Counted from the first letter of the stretch, positions 19,178 to 29,483 are shown. The stretch is 64,000 nucleotides of DNA from Sphingomonadales bacterium (GCA_016872195.1 VHAT01000010.1:90-64089), one strand, 5' to 3'. The notes: generated by a model from the letters alone, not told the origin. A program made the numbers and translations.

Positions 19178-21079
19178 ATGTTTGAAAACAACATTCCCAA
19201 ACAACTAAACGCTGATGCACAGGAGCAGGCTGCCGGAGATACCGCTGCCGCTACAGCGACAACAACATCACCTGTGATGAGCGCGCCGACAGCTCACGAC
19301 GATTTTGATTGGAGTGTCGACAAGCGCAACCTGACCACGTATTCCGAAGCGGAAAGAGAAAAGTATCACAAAGTGTATGAAAACACTTTTGTGCAACTCA
19401 ACGACGGAGAACTTATCAAAGGAACCGTAGTAGGTCTTACCAAGACCGACGTGGTCTTGAACATCGGATTTAAAAGCGATGGATTGATCTCACTCAATGA
19501 GTTCCGCGATCTCCCTGAATTATCAGTAGGGGATGAGGTCGAAGTGATGATCGTTGAAAAAGAAGACCGTGACGGACATCTGAACCTGAGCCGTCGTCAA
19601 GCGCGTATTACAAGAGCCTGGGAGCGTATCGTAGAAGTGCATAAGACTGGCGAGGTGATCACCGGTACTGTTACCTCTAAAACTAAGGGTGGATTGATCG
19701 TAGACGTATTCGGTATGGAAACCTTCCTTCCCGGATCTCAGATCGATGTGAAGCCCGTTGCTGATTATGACCAGTTCGTGGGTAAGACCATGGAATTTAA
19801 GGTGGTCAAGATCAATGAAGCTATCAAGAATGCAGTAGTGTCTCATAAGGCACTTATTGAAAGCGATATTGAGGCTCAGCGTGCACAGATCATGAGTAAA
19901 CTTGAGAAAGGTCAGGTACTCGAAGGAACCGTTAAGAACATCACTGACTTTGGAGCCTTTATGGATCTGGGTGGACTCGATGGTTTACTTTACATTACCG
20001 ATATTTCTTGGGGACGTATCGCACATCCTTCCGAAGTGCTTAAGCTCGACCAAAAGATCAACGTGGTGGTACTCGACTTCGATGATGAGAAGCGTCGTAT
20101 CAGCCTGGGCTTAAAGCAGCTGACACCACATCCATGGGATGTATTGGGTAGCAATATCGCAGAAGGAAATGTGGTTAAAGGTCGTGTTGTCAATATCGAA
20201 GACTATGGCGCCTTCCTCGAGATCCAACCCGGTGTAGAGGGACTGGTGCACGTATCGGAGATCACGTGGGCGAACACACCCGTTAATGCCAAGGAATTCT
20301 TTAAGTTCAATGATGAGCATGAGGCCAAGATCGTTACGCTCGATAAAGACAGCCGTAAAATGAGTCTGTCTATCAAGCAGCTTACGGCCGATCCTTGGAA
20401 TGAGATCGAGACCAAGTTTCCTGAGGGAAGCCGTCATGACGGTCTGGTCAAGAATATTACCAACTATGGCGTATTCGTAGAGCTGGCCCCTGGCATTGGA
20501 GGCATGATCCATATCAGTGACCTCAGCTGGCTCAAGCGTTTCAATCACCCTACAGAGTATACCAAAGTAGGACAGCACATCGATGTGATGATCCTTGGTA
20601 TCGATAAGGATAATCGCAAATTACAATTAGGCCATAAGCAGCTCGAAGAAGATCCTTGGAATCAATTGCAAGAGACCTTCGCGATCGGCACCCTGCACGA
20701 AGGAGTGGTAACACGTCGCGACGATAAAGGGGCTACTGTACAGTTGCCTTATGGACTCGAAGGGTTTGCTCCTAATCGTCATCTGGCCAAGCAAGATGGC
20801 AAGAGCATCGCCGCTGACGAGACAGCATCCTTCATGGTCATTGAGTTCGATCGCAACGAAAAGCGTATCGTACTCTCCCATACCCGCATCTGGGAACAAG
20901 GAATAATCGAAGAGGCCGAGCAGACGAAGAAAGAGGCTCGTGCCGATGCGGACAAAACCAAGAAGGCTGTCAAGAACATTCAAGGCAAGGTAGAAAAGGC
21001 AACCTTGGGTGATCTCGGTGTGTTGGCCGATCTAAAGAAAAAAATGCAAGAAGGTGGCGAAGAAAAAGCGCCTGAATAA
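19178..21079 (+). CDS. rpsA: 30S ribosomal protein S1
   Basis: Six S1 repeats (FLPGSQID, DFGAFMDLGGLDGLLYITDISW, YGAFLEI, YGVFVEL) and C-terminal TLGDL. Ala/Thr-rich N-terminal extension. Confidence 0.99.
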   Translation: MFENNIPKQLNADAQEQAAGDTAAATATTTSPVMSAPTAHDDFDWSVDKRNLTTYSEAEREKYHKVYENTFVQLNDGELIKGTVVGLTKTDVVLNIGFKSDGLISLNEFRDLPELSVGDEVEVMIVEKEDRDGHLNLSRRQARITRAWERIVEVHKTGEVITGTVTSKTKGGLIVDVFGMETFLPGSQIDVKPVADYDQFVGKTMEFKVVKINEAIKNAVVSHKALIESDIEAQRAQIMSKLEKGQVLEGTVKNITDFGAFMDLGGLDGLLYITDISWGRIAHPSEVLKLDQKINVVVLDFDDEKRRISLGLKQLTPHPWDVLGSNIAEGNVVKGRVVNIEDYGAFLEIQPGVEGLVHVSEITWANTPVNAKEFFKFNDEHEAKIVTLDKDSRKMSLSIKQLTADPWNEIETKFPEGSRHDGLVKNITNYGVFVELAPGIGGMIHISDLSWLKRFNHPTEYTKVGQHIDVMILGIDKDNRKLQLGHKQLEEDPWNQLQETFAIGTLHEGVVTRRDDKGATVQLPYGLEGFAPNRHLAKQDGKSIAADETASFMVIEFDRNEKRIVLSHTRIWEQGIIEEAEQTKKEARADADKTKKAVKNIQGKVEKATLGDLGVLADLKKKMQEGGEEKAPE

Positions 21080-21101
21080 CCTATCTTGTTAAACACTATG
21101 C

Positions 21102-21135
21102 AAAGGCTGTCTCCAAGGAGGCAGCCTTTTCTTTT
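21102..21135 (+). terminator. Intrinsic terminator after rpsA
   Basis: AAAGGCTGTCTCC-AA-GGAGGCAGCCTTT followed by TCTTTT. Confidence 0.85.
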
Positions 21136-21173
21136 ACCAGATCGCTGCCCCCATGGTATATTTGTTGTCTAGT

Positions 21174-21956
21174 ATGTCCGATATGCCCTCTGTTCTACAA
21201 AGAGTCGTTCAATTTAATCCGATCCGAAAGCTGGTCTTTTTGCTGGTGGGCTTAGCTAGCTATCCCGGGTTGGCTTGGATCAATAAATTGACCATCAGTG
21301 GTACGGAACATATTAAGAACTTGCCCAAGCAAAAGGTGTTATTCGTAAGCAACCATCAAACCTATTTCGCCGATGTGATCACGTTCTTTCATATTTTCTG
21401 TGCGGTCAAATGGGGTAAGCAAGACCGCCTGGGTTTGCCCTATTATCTTTTGAATCCGTTTACCCGTGTCAATTATGTGGCGGCTGTAGAAACCATGAAG
21501 AACAGCTTTTTGTCTCGATTGTTCTTATTGGCAGGCGCCATTACCATCAAAAGAAGCTGGAGGGAAAAGGGAAAGGATGTGCAAAGAGGGGTGGATCCAG
21601 CCGATACCCGAAAAATTACCAAAGCCCTTTCGAAAAATTGGGTGATCACCTTTCCGCAAGGTACCACCAAGCCCTTTGCTCCCGGTAGGAAGGGAACGGC
21701 CCTTATTATTAAAGAAGTGCGCCCGGTCGTAGTTCCGGTATTGATCAATGGTTTTTGGCGTGCCTTCAATAAAAAGGGATTACGCTTTAAAAAGAAGGGG
21801 ACGATCTTGAGCGTTCAATTTAAGGCGCCGTTACAGATCGATTATGAGGCGTCCGCCGAGCAGATATTGGAACAGATCATGGATGCTATTGAGCAAAGCA
21901 AGCAATTTATGTTGCAAGGGCGCCATCATCGATCACTGTTGCCGGTTGTCAGTTAA
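21174..21956 (+). CDS. Lysophospholipid acyltransferase family protein
   Basis: NHQTYFAD, FPQGTT, GRKGTA, VVPV. TATATTTG promoter at 21157-21164 favours ATG 21174. Confidence 0.88.
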   Translation: MSDMPSVLQRVVQFNPIRKLVFLLVGLASYPGLAWINKLTISGTEHIKNLPKQKVLFVSNHQTYFADVITFFHIFCAVKWGKQDRLGLPYYLLNPFTRVNYVAAVETMKNSFLSRLFLLAGAITIKRSWREKGKDVQRGVDPADTRKITKALSKNWVITFPQGTTKPFAPGRKGTALIIKEVRPVVVPVLINGFWRAFNKKGLRFKKKGTILSVQFKAPLQIDYEASAEQILEQIMDAIEQSKQFMLQGRHHRSLLPVVS

Positions 21957-22468
21957 TCCTTAAAAAATAGGGCCTTCAATTCTGCTGCATCGTTAGGCTT
22001 CATTTTGCCGCCCAAGATCAGTCGCAATTGTCTGCGACGCAAGGCTCCGTCAAAGAGTTTTTTCTCCTCTTCGGTTTCCGCTATTACCGCGGGTACCGGA
22101 CGAGGTTTTCTGTTCGGGTCCAGGGCAACGAATGTATAGTACGCCTCATTGCTCTTATAGCGATATTGCTGTATCAGATCTTCGCCCCACACGCGCAGAT
22201 GAATTTCCATAGAGCTATTAAAGGCGCGGGTGATCTTAGCCTCTATGTGTACCGTGTTTCCCAATTTGATGGGATTTTCAAAAGAGATATTATCTACCGA
22301 GGCTGTAACGCAAGGTACATTACAATGCTTTTGGGCAGCAAGGGCAGCGGCAATGTCCATCCAATACATCAGGCGTCCTCCCATCAGATTTCCAAAAAGG
22401 TTGGTGTCGTTGGGAAGTACTAATTCGGTCATCAAGGTCAGACTGTCTACCGCGCGTTTTGCTTCCAT
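21953..22468 (-). CDS. Acyl-CoA thioesterase (HotDog fold, YciA-like)
   Basis: VLPNDTNLFGNLMGGRLMYWMD, VTASVD, FVALD. TATCTTTG promoter at 22483-22490 (minus strand). Confidence 0.92.
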   Translation of the reverse strand: MEAKRAVDSLTLMTELVLPNDTNLFGNLMGGRLMYWMDIAAALAAQKHCNVPCVTASVDNISFENPIKLGNTVHIEAKITRAFNSSMEIHLRVWGEDLIQQYRYKSNEAYYTFVALDPNRKPRPVPAVIAETEEEKKLFDGALRRRQLRLILGGKMKPNDAAELKALFFKD

Positions 22469-22515
22469 TTCATTTCTTTTCGCAAAGATAACGATGCCCC
22501 AACGATTGTGACATT

Positions 22516-23643
22516 CTAAACCGATGCCGGTTGCAGCGGAGATTCCGATAAGCTATGAAGGGAGGCGCTTGCTTTTTTCCAAAAGCTAAAGAAAGAAGGG
22601 TAGTATCGGGTTACGGACGGAAACATCCAGTCGCGTGGATCTTTCTGGCCTGGAATATGCATAAAGGCGGGATGCTCGCGGGTATAAACTGCCGGAACCT
22701 GATAGGCGTTAGGGATATCGCTGAACTCTCCACAAAAGACTTGAACACCCTCTATGTTACCGGCCAGTGAAATGATAAAGTCGATGACCTTTTTGCTAAC
22801 AGGGAATTCTTTGTAGTGGGAGGGCTCTAATAATAAGACCCGATTGGAGGGCACTTCGGATCGCCAGGTAGGATCGAGGTGGTAGGGATGATAGATATGC
22901 AGCGGGAGAGAGGGGTCGATCGCTGGCTTATTGGTTTCAGGCAAGATCGTTTCCAATAAGGGTCTTTCCGAAGGGATCAAGGCTTCGGGGCAATCCATGG
23001 AAGATAGCGTGCTATAGTCATGATCTAGCAAAGTATGTTGCTGTTGCGTGTTGCAATATTTATTGATGTTCTCTTGGTTGCAATAGTATTTCTTGGAGGC
23101 AAAGCTGCCGGCAACCCATTGCCAACTACAGGTATTGCTGGCCAGATCTCCGTCGAGTAAGTGATAGTACATCCATTGCGAGGGAAGTTTCCAGTAGGCT
23201 TTGGCAATGTTACAGATCAGACTGGCGGTGTACATGCGAAGGTGATTATGCATGTAGCCGATTTGGTAGAGACTTTCAATACCTTGGTCGATGGCTTCAA
23301 TGCCGGTGCGGGCTTGCGCAATGGCCGAGGGAAGTGCAGCGGAATGTAAGGAGGTCCTATTGACGCGAATGTCATCGAACATATCATCGCCTAAATGCTG
23401 CCAGACGCGTTGAAAATATTCTCTCCAGGCTAATTCTTGTAAGAAGCGTTGGATCTGCGCGGGTTTGTATCCTTTTGAAAGCACAGCAGCAGCTACCTGA
23501 CGGGTAGAGATTACTCCGCGAGAGATGTATGGGGATAAGTAAGTGACATCGCCATGCAAGTAGTTTCGGGTTTGCCCATAGGCAATGGGGTCGATCTGGT
23601 CGATCCGACTCCAAATGGAAGATATGTCAGTGGGGAATGTCAT
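22516..23643 (-). CDS. Short DNA photolyase/cryptochrome-family protein with the FAD-binding domain at the N-terminus (NewPHL-like topology)
   Basis: TYLSPYISRG, LAWREYF, GYMHNHLRMY, LLDGDLASNTCSWQWVAG all fall in the first ~215 aa; an alpha/beta-like domain follows. Confidence 0.8.
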   Translation of the reverse strand: MTFPTDISSIWSRIDQIDPIAYGQTRNYLHGDVTYLSPYISRGVISTRQVAAAVLSKGYKPAQIQRFLQELAWREYFQRVWQHLGDDMFDDIRVNRTSLHSAALPSAIAQARTGIEAIDQGIESLYQIGYMHNHLRMYTASLICNIAKAYWKLPSQWMYYHLLDGDLASNTCSWQWVAGSFASKKYYCNQENINKYCNTQQQHTLLDHDYSTLSSMDCPEALIPSERPLLETILPETNKPAIDPSLPLHIYHPYHLDPTWRSEVPSNRVLLLEPSHYKEFPVSKKVIDFIISLAGNIEGVQVFCGEFSDIPNAYQVPAVYTREHPAFMHIPGQKDPRDWMFPSVTRYYPSFFSFWKKASASLHSLSESPLQPASV

Positions 23644-23713
23644 TGTAATGTAGTTAAACAATCCATCGTCAAATTAGTTGAGTCAACGTGCTAGTTTGCT
23701 TACGTAAGAAGGG

Positions 23714-25231
23714 TTATTTCCCCGCGTCTAGCAAGGCTAGGAAGTTGGTAGCCAGCCGAAGATGAGTCGATCTCTTTTCCGGATCCATTTTGTCCCAGGT
23801 CTTTAGTAGCATGCCCAGTCTGGGGTTTTTGGAGAAGAAGGAGCGATGGGTGTGCATAAATCGCCAAAAGAGTCCGTCCCAGACGGCGGTCCAGCTAACG
23901 GTTTCTTTATTGGGAAGCGTGAGGGTTGTTTTTTTATCCCAATCCCCCATTTTGAGTAGGTAATTACTTCCGCTGATATAGGGCTTGGTCGTCATAATGC
24001 CGCCGTCTGCAAATTGGGTCATTCCATATACATTGGGCACCATCACCCAGTCGTAACTGTCAATAAAAAAGATCATAAACCATTCATAGACCTGGTCGGG
24101 ATCAAACTCACAAAGAAGCATAAAGTTTCCCAGCACCATCAATCTCTCAATATGATGCGAGTAAGCATATTTATTCAATCGCTCTATTACGATGTCTATG
24201 GGTCTGATTCCGGTGTTTCCCTCCCAAAAGGAACGAGGGATCTTACGCGTGAATTTCCAGTAGTTCTTGGTGCGCTGTCGTACACCCTCTCGCTCGTAGA
24301 CGATGCGAATAAATTCTCTCCAGCCCATGATCTGTCTGCCAAAGCCCTCCAGCGAGGCCAGCGGTATTTTGTGCGTCAGCGCGTACTGGGTGGCCTTGTC
24401 CATCACTTCTTGTGGGGTGAGCAATCCGATATTGAGGGCCGGAGAAAGCACCGAATGATGTAGCCACACTTCTTTTTCCTGCATAGCATCTTCGTAGGGG
24501 CCAAACTCAGCAAAACGCTGTGTAAGGAAGAGGTCGAGTTGATGCAGGGCCTCTTGGCGCGTTACCGGATATGCAAATGCTGTAGTTGATCCGGGATGGG
24601 CCGAGAAGTGTTTCTCAACATAGACAAGAGCCTCTTTGACAAATACACTTGATTTGAAAGCAAAGGGAGCCGGAGTTTTTTTATTCTTGGGGTAGGGTTT
24701 ACGATTGTCTGCGTCGAAGGTCCATTGATCACCTACCGGGTCCTTATCATTTTGCAACAGCCATTTTCTATTCTTTCGCTGCTGTATGTAAAAGTCGGTC
24801 TGAAAATATGTTTTTCGCTTATCAAAGTATTCCTTTACATCCTTTAGCTGATTTAAAAAATATGGGGTCGGATAGCAGATCAATTCGAGTCCGAGCGAAG
24901 AGGTCGTCTGCTGAAGGCGACGCTCTATAAAATGATCGGTGCTGTCCGCGTAGTGAATAGCACTGGTCTTCTTTGTTTTAAGCCACCTGATCAATTCGCG
25001 CAGATCTGCTTTTTTCTCCCTTGTCTCTACGTAGTGGACTTGGTATCCTTTTTGGGTGAGTCCTTCTGCATACGCTTTCATAGAAGCCCGGTGCATAACG
25101 AGCTTTTGGCGATGAAAGGGTACTTGTGTAAAAAAAAGGGGCTCCTCTAGTAGCCAGACCGGGCGGTCTTTTTGCAGGGCAGGGTGCAGCTCAAAAAGTT
25201 GATGCGGAAAGATCAGGGTAATAGCAGACAT
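23714..25231 (-). CDS. Prokaryotic (6-4) photolyase (PhrB/CryB-like), lacking the FeS cysteines
   Basis: N-terminal LIFPHQLF...FHRQKLVMHRASM, WTFDADNR, HSVLSPALNIGLL, GWREF, catalytic YSHHIERLM, FADGG...KPYISGSNY. Confidence 0.88.
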   Translation of the reverse strand: MSAITLIFPHQLFELHPALQKDRPVWLLEEPLFFTQVPFHRQKLVMHRASMKAYAEGLTQKGYQVHYVETREKKADLRELIRWLKTKKTSAIHYADSTDHFIERRLQQTTSSLGLELICYPTPYFLNQLKDVKEYFDKRKTYFQTDFYIQQRKNRKWLLQNDKDPVGDQWTFDADNRKPYPKNKKTPAPFAFKSSVFVKEALVYVEKHFSAHPGSTTAFAYPVTRQEALHQLDLFLTQRFAEFGPYEDAMQEKEVWLHHSVLSPALNIGLLTPQEVMDKATQYALTHKIPLASLEGFGRQIMGWREFIRIVYEREGVRQRTKNYWKFTRKIPRSFWEGNTGIRPIDIVIERLNKYAYSHHIERLMVLGNFMLLCEFDPDQVYEWFMIFFIDSYDWVMVPNVYGMTQFADGGIMTTKPYISGSNYLLKMGDWDKKTTLTLPNKETVSWTAVWDGLFWRFMHTHRSFFSKNPRLGMLLKTWDKMDPEKRSTHLRLATNFLALLDAGK

Positions 25232-25287
25232 AGTCAGGAACTTGGTAAACAATTGAGCGATGTAATTGTTTTATTACAAATCTTTCT

Positions 25288-26004
25288 ATGGAATCCATTA
25301 AAGGGAAGCAGATCTTGGTGACCGGTGCTACCGGTGGTATCGGTGCGCAAACAGCCAGATTGTTAGCCGCTGGCGGTGCCCGTCTTTTCATAACGGGGCG
25401 TAATCCCGAAAAATTAAATGCGTTAGCGGCCGAGCTACATCTTTCGTCTGCTCAGGTATTCAGTACCGATCTTTCCGATCCAGCCCAAGTGAGTGCCCTG
25501 GGGCAGCGTTATTTTGCTGCCTTCTCCGGAATCGATATCCTGGTCAATGCTTCTGGTGTAGGCATCATCAGACCCATTGAGCAACTTTCGGAAACGGATC
25601 TCATGCAAAGCCTTCAGTCGAACCTGATGGCTCCTTTTTTATTGGTCAAAACTTTTTTACCAGCCATGAAGGAAGTAAAAAAGGGTCTCATTATTAATAT
25701 ACCCGGCGTACTCGGAAAAGTTCCCATGGCCGGGGCCGCTGCATATTCTGCCAGCAAATATGGGTTAGTTGGAATGATGCAAAGCATACGCGAGGAACTA
25801 AAGCGTACTGAGATCCGGATCACAAATATTTTTATGGGCGGAGTGGACTCTCCCTTTTGGGATACGATCGACCTGAGGGTCCAGCGCGATAAGATGATAC
25901 AGGCAGAAGAAGCCGCTCGTGCCATTTGGTTCCTCTGTCAGCAGCCTGTCAGCGGGGTCGTCAGCGAAATGGTGTTGCAGCCCTTCAATCACCAGGCGAT
26001 CTGA
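25288..26004 (+). CDS. Short-chain dehydrogenase/reductase (SDR)
   Basis: TGATGGIG, NASG, YSASK, IFMGGVDS. Confidence 0.92.
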   Translation: MESIKGKQILVTGATGGIGAQTARLLAAGGARLFITGRNPEKLNALAAELHLSSAQVFSTDLSDPAQVSALGQRYFAAFSGIDILVNASGVGIIRPIEQLSETDLMQSLQSNLMAPFLLVKTFLPAMKEVKKGLIINIPGVLGKVPMAGAAAYSASKYGLVGMMQSIREELKRTEIRITNIFMGGVDSPFWDTIDLRVQRDKMIQAEEAARAIWFLCQQPVSGVVSEMVLQPFNHQAI

Positions 26005-26082
26005 TTTTTTGGTGATAATCCACTTTACGGGGCTATTTTTGCGCGGTCTTAAGGGGCTTTCCCCAGGAACAAATTGCTTGCC

Positions 26083-27318
26083 ATGGCTTTACAAGACGAA
26101 CCGATCTCTTTTGATAATTCGCAATATGCATTCGAGTATAAATCGGATGCCGCTCTTCGCAAGGCGCGTTTTCTTTTCTCCATCATGTCCTCTTCTTGGT
26201 TGGTAGCCTTGGGCACCAGACTAACTCCTTTGGCCATTCGCTTGCGGCTTCCCATTAAAGGACTTTTGCGCAGTACATTGTTTTCTCAATTTGTGGGTGG
26301 AGAGACGCTAGAAAGTACCCAAGTGGTTGCCTCCACCTTGGAGCGCTATGGTGTAAAAGTGATACTTGATTATGGAGTAGAGGGTAAAGAGGGGGAGGAG
26401 AATTTTGATAGAGCCGCTCAGGAGTTTAACCGGGTCATTGATTATGCGGCCACGGCTTCCAATGTTCCGTACATCAGCATTAAGGTAACTGGCTTTGCGC
26501 GATTTGGATTGTTGGAGCATCTGCAGCAGCTAATGCTTTCGCAAACCGGGCCGCTAATGGATCGTTATCAGGCCATGCTGGCTCAATTAGACGAGCACCA
26601 TCGTACAGAATGGCAACGGGTACTCGATAGAGCGCAGCGAATTTGTGTCAATGCAAGAGATCGTCAGGTCGCGGTGGCCATCGATGCAGAAGAGAGTTGG
26701 ATTCAAGCCCCTGTGGATGCCTTGGCGACCTTGATGATGCAGCAGTATAATCGGGAGCGACCTTTCGTATATAATACGGTTCAGCTTTATCGGCATGACC
26801 GCTTTCGGTTTTTACAGGATGCTTGCACGGAGTCCATGTCTCAACAGTACATTTTGGCCTTGAAACTAGTACGGGGTGCTTACATGGAAAAAGAGCGAAA
26901 GAGAGCCCTTGAAAAGGGATATGCATCTCCCATTCACGCCAACAAAGAAGCAGTCGACCTTGATTATAACCAGGCTCTTGGCTATTGTATCGATCGAATC
27001 GATCGTGTGGCCATGATCGTGGCTTCTCATAATGAATACAGCAATATGCTTGCGACAAAGCTACTGCGAGAGAAAGGCTTATCGATAGGACACCCACATG
27101 TTCATTTCAGTCAGCTCTATGGCATGAGTGACAATATTACATTCAATCTATCCAAGGCAGGTGCCAGTGTCAGCAAGTACCTTCCCTTTGGGCCTATCGA
27201 AGACGTAGTGCCCTATCTGATGCGCAGGGCACAGGAAAACACCTCGGTAAAGGGCCAAACTGGGCGTGAACTAAGTCTGATCCAAAAAGAATTGGACCGA
27301 AGAAAGCAATCATCTTAA
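26083..27318 (+). CDS. Proline dehydrogenase (monofunctional)
   Basis: [49 protein letters not shown]. Confidence 0.93.
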   Translation: MALQDEPISFDNSQYAFEYKSDAALRKARFLFSIMSSSWLVALGTRLTPLAIRLRLPIKGLLRSTLFSQFVGGETLESTQVVASTLERYGVKVILDYGVEGKEGEENFDRAAQEFNRVIDYAATASNVPYISIKVTGFARFGLLEHLQQLMLSQTGPLMDRYQAMLAQLDEHHRTEWQRVLDRAQRICVNARDRQVAVAIDAEESWIQAPVDALATLMMQQYNRERPFVYNTVQLYRHDRFRFLQDACTESMSQQYILALKLVRGAYMEKERKRALEKGYASPIHANKEAVDLDYNQALGYCIDRIDRVAMIVASHNEYSNMLATKLLREKGLSIGHPHVHFSQLYGMSDNITFNLSKAGASVSKYLPFGPIEDVVPYLMRRAQENTSVKGQTGRELSLIQKELDRRKQSS

Positions 27319-27326
27319 ATTGCGGT

Positions 27327-28121
27327 ATGCAACAGTATCACCAGCTGCTTCGGCATATCTTAGAAAACGGCATACAAAAGACCGATCGGACAGGTACCGG
27401 CACACAAAGTGTTTTTGGTTATCAATTTCGATTCAATCTCGAGGAAGGATTTCCGCTGGTCACGACCAAGAAACTGCATCTAAAGAGTATTATCTATGAG
27501 CTGTTATGGTTTTTGCGCGGAGAAACCAATATCGCCTATTTGAAAGAGAACGGGGTCAGCATTTGGGACGAATGGGCCAATGAGCAAGGAGAATTAGGTC
27601 CCGTTTACGGAAAGCAATGGCGCAGTTGGGAGGGTAAGGATGGAAAACTGGTCGACCAGATCAAGGAGTTGATCGCGCAGATCAAAGCCAACCCGGATAG
27701 TCGTCGCCTGATCGTTAGTGCCTGGAATGTGGCGGACTTACCGTCAATGGCGTTAATGCCTTGTCATGCATTATTTCAATTTTATGTTGCCAACGGCAAG
27801 TTAAGTTGCCAATTGTACCAACGTAGTGCGGATGTTTTTTTAGGGGTGCCATTCAATATCGCTTCTTATGCCTTACTGACCCATATGATCGCGCAAGTGT
27901 GTGGGTTGGGCGTAGGGGATTTCGTACATACGTTTGGAGACGTACATATTTACAATAATCACCGAGAGCAGGTAATACTGCAACTAAGCAGAGAGCCCTT
28001 TGCGCTGCCCACCTTGCAACTCAATCCCGCGGTAAGTGATATTTTTTCGTTTCGGTACGAGGATTTTTCCTTACTCAATTACCAATGTCATCCGGCCATC
28101 AAAGCGCCCGTTGCCGTCTAA
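27327..28121 (+). CDS. thyA: Thymidylate synthase
   Basis: [49 protein letters not shown]. Confidence 0.99.
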   Translation: MQQYHQLLRHILENGIQKTDRTGTGTQSVFGYQFRFNLEEGFPLVTTKKLHLKSIIYELLWFLRGETNIAYLKENGVSIWDEWANEQGELGPVYGKQWRSWEGKDGKLVDQIKELIAQIKANPDSRRLIVSAWNVADLPSMALMPCHALFQFYVANGKLSCQLYQRSADVFLGVPFNIASYALLTHMIAQVCGLGVGDFVHTFGDVHIYNNHREQVILQLSREPFALPTLQLNPAVSDIFSFRYEDFSLLNYQCHPAIKAPVAV

Positions 28122-28175
28122 GGTAAGAAGCGTTTATTTTTGTAAGTCATATTCATCTCAAGCAATATATCTTTC

Positions 28176-28673
28176 ATGATCATCTCTCTGGTAGTCGCGG
28201 CGGCCTCAAATCATGTTATTGGCAAGGAGGGAGCCCTTCCCTGGCAATTGCCGGCCGATCTGCGCCATTTTAAGAACATCACCTGGGGATTGCCTATTAT
28301 CATGGGAAGAAAGACCTATGCCTCGCTAATGGCTCCATTGCCGGGGCGAACCAATATTGTGCTGACTCGGAACAAGGATTGGTCTCCCCATAGCGAGTTA
28401 GTAGCGGTGGTGTCTACTCCCGAGGAGGCGCTACACCAGGCTCGGTCGGTATTTGCCAAAGAGGTGATGGTGATTGGCGGAGGAGAGATCTATGCCATTT
28501 TTTTACCCCTGGCAAGTCGCATTTACTTGACCCGGGTTGAGGCGGAACCCGAGGGGGATACCTTCTTTCCGGCGCTAGATCCTACCGTCTGGACCATGCA
28601 AAAGGCCGTCAGACAAGAGGCCGATGCCAAGAATGCATATAGTTGCTCCTTTGAGATTTGGGAGCGAATTTAA
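28176..28673 (+). CDS. folA: Dihydrofolate reductase
   Basis: IGKEGALPWQLPADLRHFK, MGRKT, LPGRTNIVLTR, VIGGGEIY, GDTFFP. Confidence 0.98.
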   Translation: MIISLVVAAASNHVIGKEGALPWQLPADLRHFKNITWGLPIIMGRKTYASLMAPLPGRTNIVLTRNKDWSPHSELVAVVSTPEEALHQARSVFAKEVMVIGGGEIYAIFLPLASRIYLTRVEAEPEGDTFFPALDPTVWTMQKAVRQEADAKNAYSCSFEIWERI

Positions 28674-28682
28674 TATCTCCTT

Positions 28683-29483
28683 ATGCATTCTATTTTAAGG
28701 ACTTGTATTGATTATCTTCAATTTTATATAAGTTCTTATTCTGCTGCTGGACATGGCATTCATTCTCCATTTGTTTATCAATTTGCACGATCTGTCCTGG
28801 GCGATACCAGACTCCATCCGGCTTATCTGACCTGGGCTCCGTGGAGAAAGGAATTGCTGGCTGATGCTACCGTATTGCCGATCGTGGAACTTGGGGCTGG
28901 CTCTGCTACCGCGCCCGGTCGATCTGAAAGAAGCGTGGGCGATCTGGCCAGACAGGTTTCGAAGCCCGAAAGAACTGCTCGCTTGTTGTTTCGGATCGCC
29001 CAGTTTTATCAGCCTGGGTGTATTGTAGAGTTAGGCACGTCTTTGGGACTGAGCACTGCGTTTTTCTCGCTGGCTTGCCCCTCGGCCACGATATTTACTA
29101 TCGAGGGCAATCCGGCCGTGGCAGATAAGGCGCGATCGCATTTCGATCGCTGGGGCTTGCGGAATGTAGAGCAGATTTCGGGGCATTTTGATGCGGAGTT
29201 GCCTGCTTTATTGAACAAGGTAAAGCAAGTCGATCTGGCCTTTCTGGATGGTAATCACCAACTGGAGCCCACGCTTCGTTATTTTGAGTGGTTGCTTTCT
29301 ACAAAAACGTCCGGCTCTGTTTTTATTATCGATGATATTTATTGGAGTCAAGAAATGAAGATGGCTTGGGAGACGATTAAGCAGCATCCAGAGGTTCGCT
29401 GTACGATCGACCTTTTTCAATTTGGGTTGGTGTTTTTTAAAGAAGAGTTCAAAGAAGTACGTCACTTCTCTATACGATTTTAA
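28683..29483 (+). CDS. Class I SAM-dependent O-methyltransferase (Methyltransf_24-like)
   Basis: HGIHSPFVY, VELGTSLG, AFLDGNH, IIDDIYWS. Confidence 0.85.
   Translation: MHSILRTCIDYLQFYISSYSAAGHGIHSPFVYQFARSVLGDTRLHPAYLTWAPWRKELLADATVLPIVELGAGSATAPGRSERSVGDLARQVSKPERTARLLFRIAQFYQPGCIVELGTSLGLSTAFFSLACPSATIFTIEGNPAVADKARSHFDRWGLRNVEQISGHFDAELPALLNKVKQVDLAFLDGNHQLEPTLRYFEWLLSTKTSGSVFIIDDIYWSQEMKMAWETIKQHPEVRCTIDLFQFGLVFFKEEFKEVRHFSIRF

Noticed and set aside
19031-19200. Apparent overlap of rpsA and the divergent acyltransferase, and other long N-terminal extensions in the ORF track
   Set aside because: This is an artefact of taking the most upstream start. Promoter boxes and family N-termini support later starts (19178 and about 19101).
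25130-25137. A8 homopolymer in the (6-4) photolyase as a phase-variation tract
   Set aside because: It is short, in frame, and of a length expected at this base composition.
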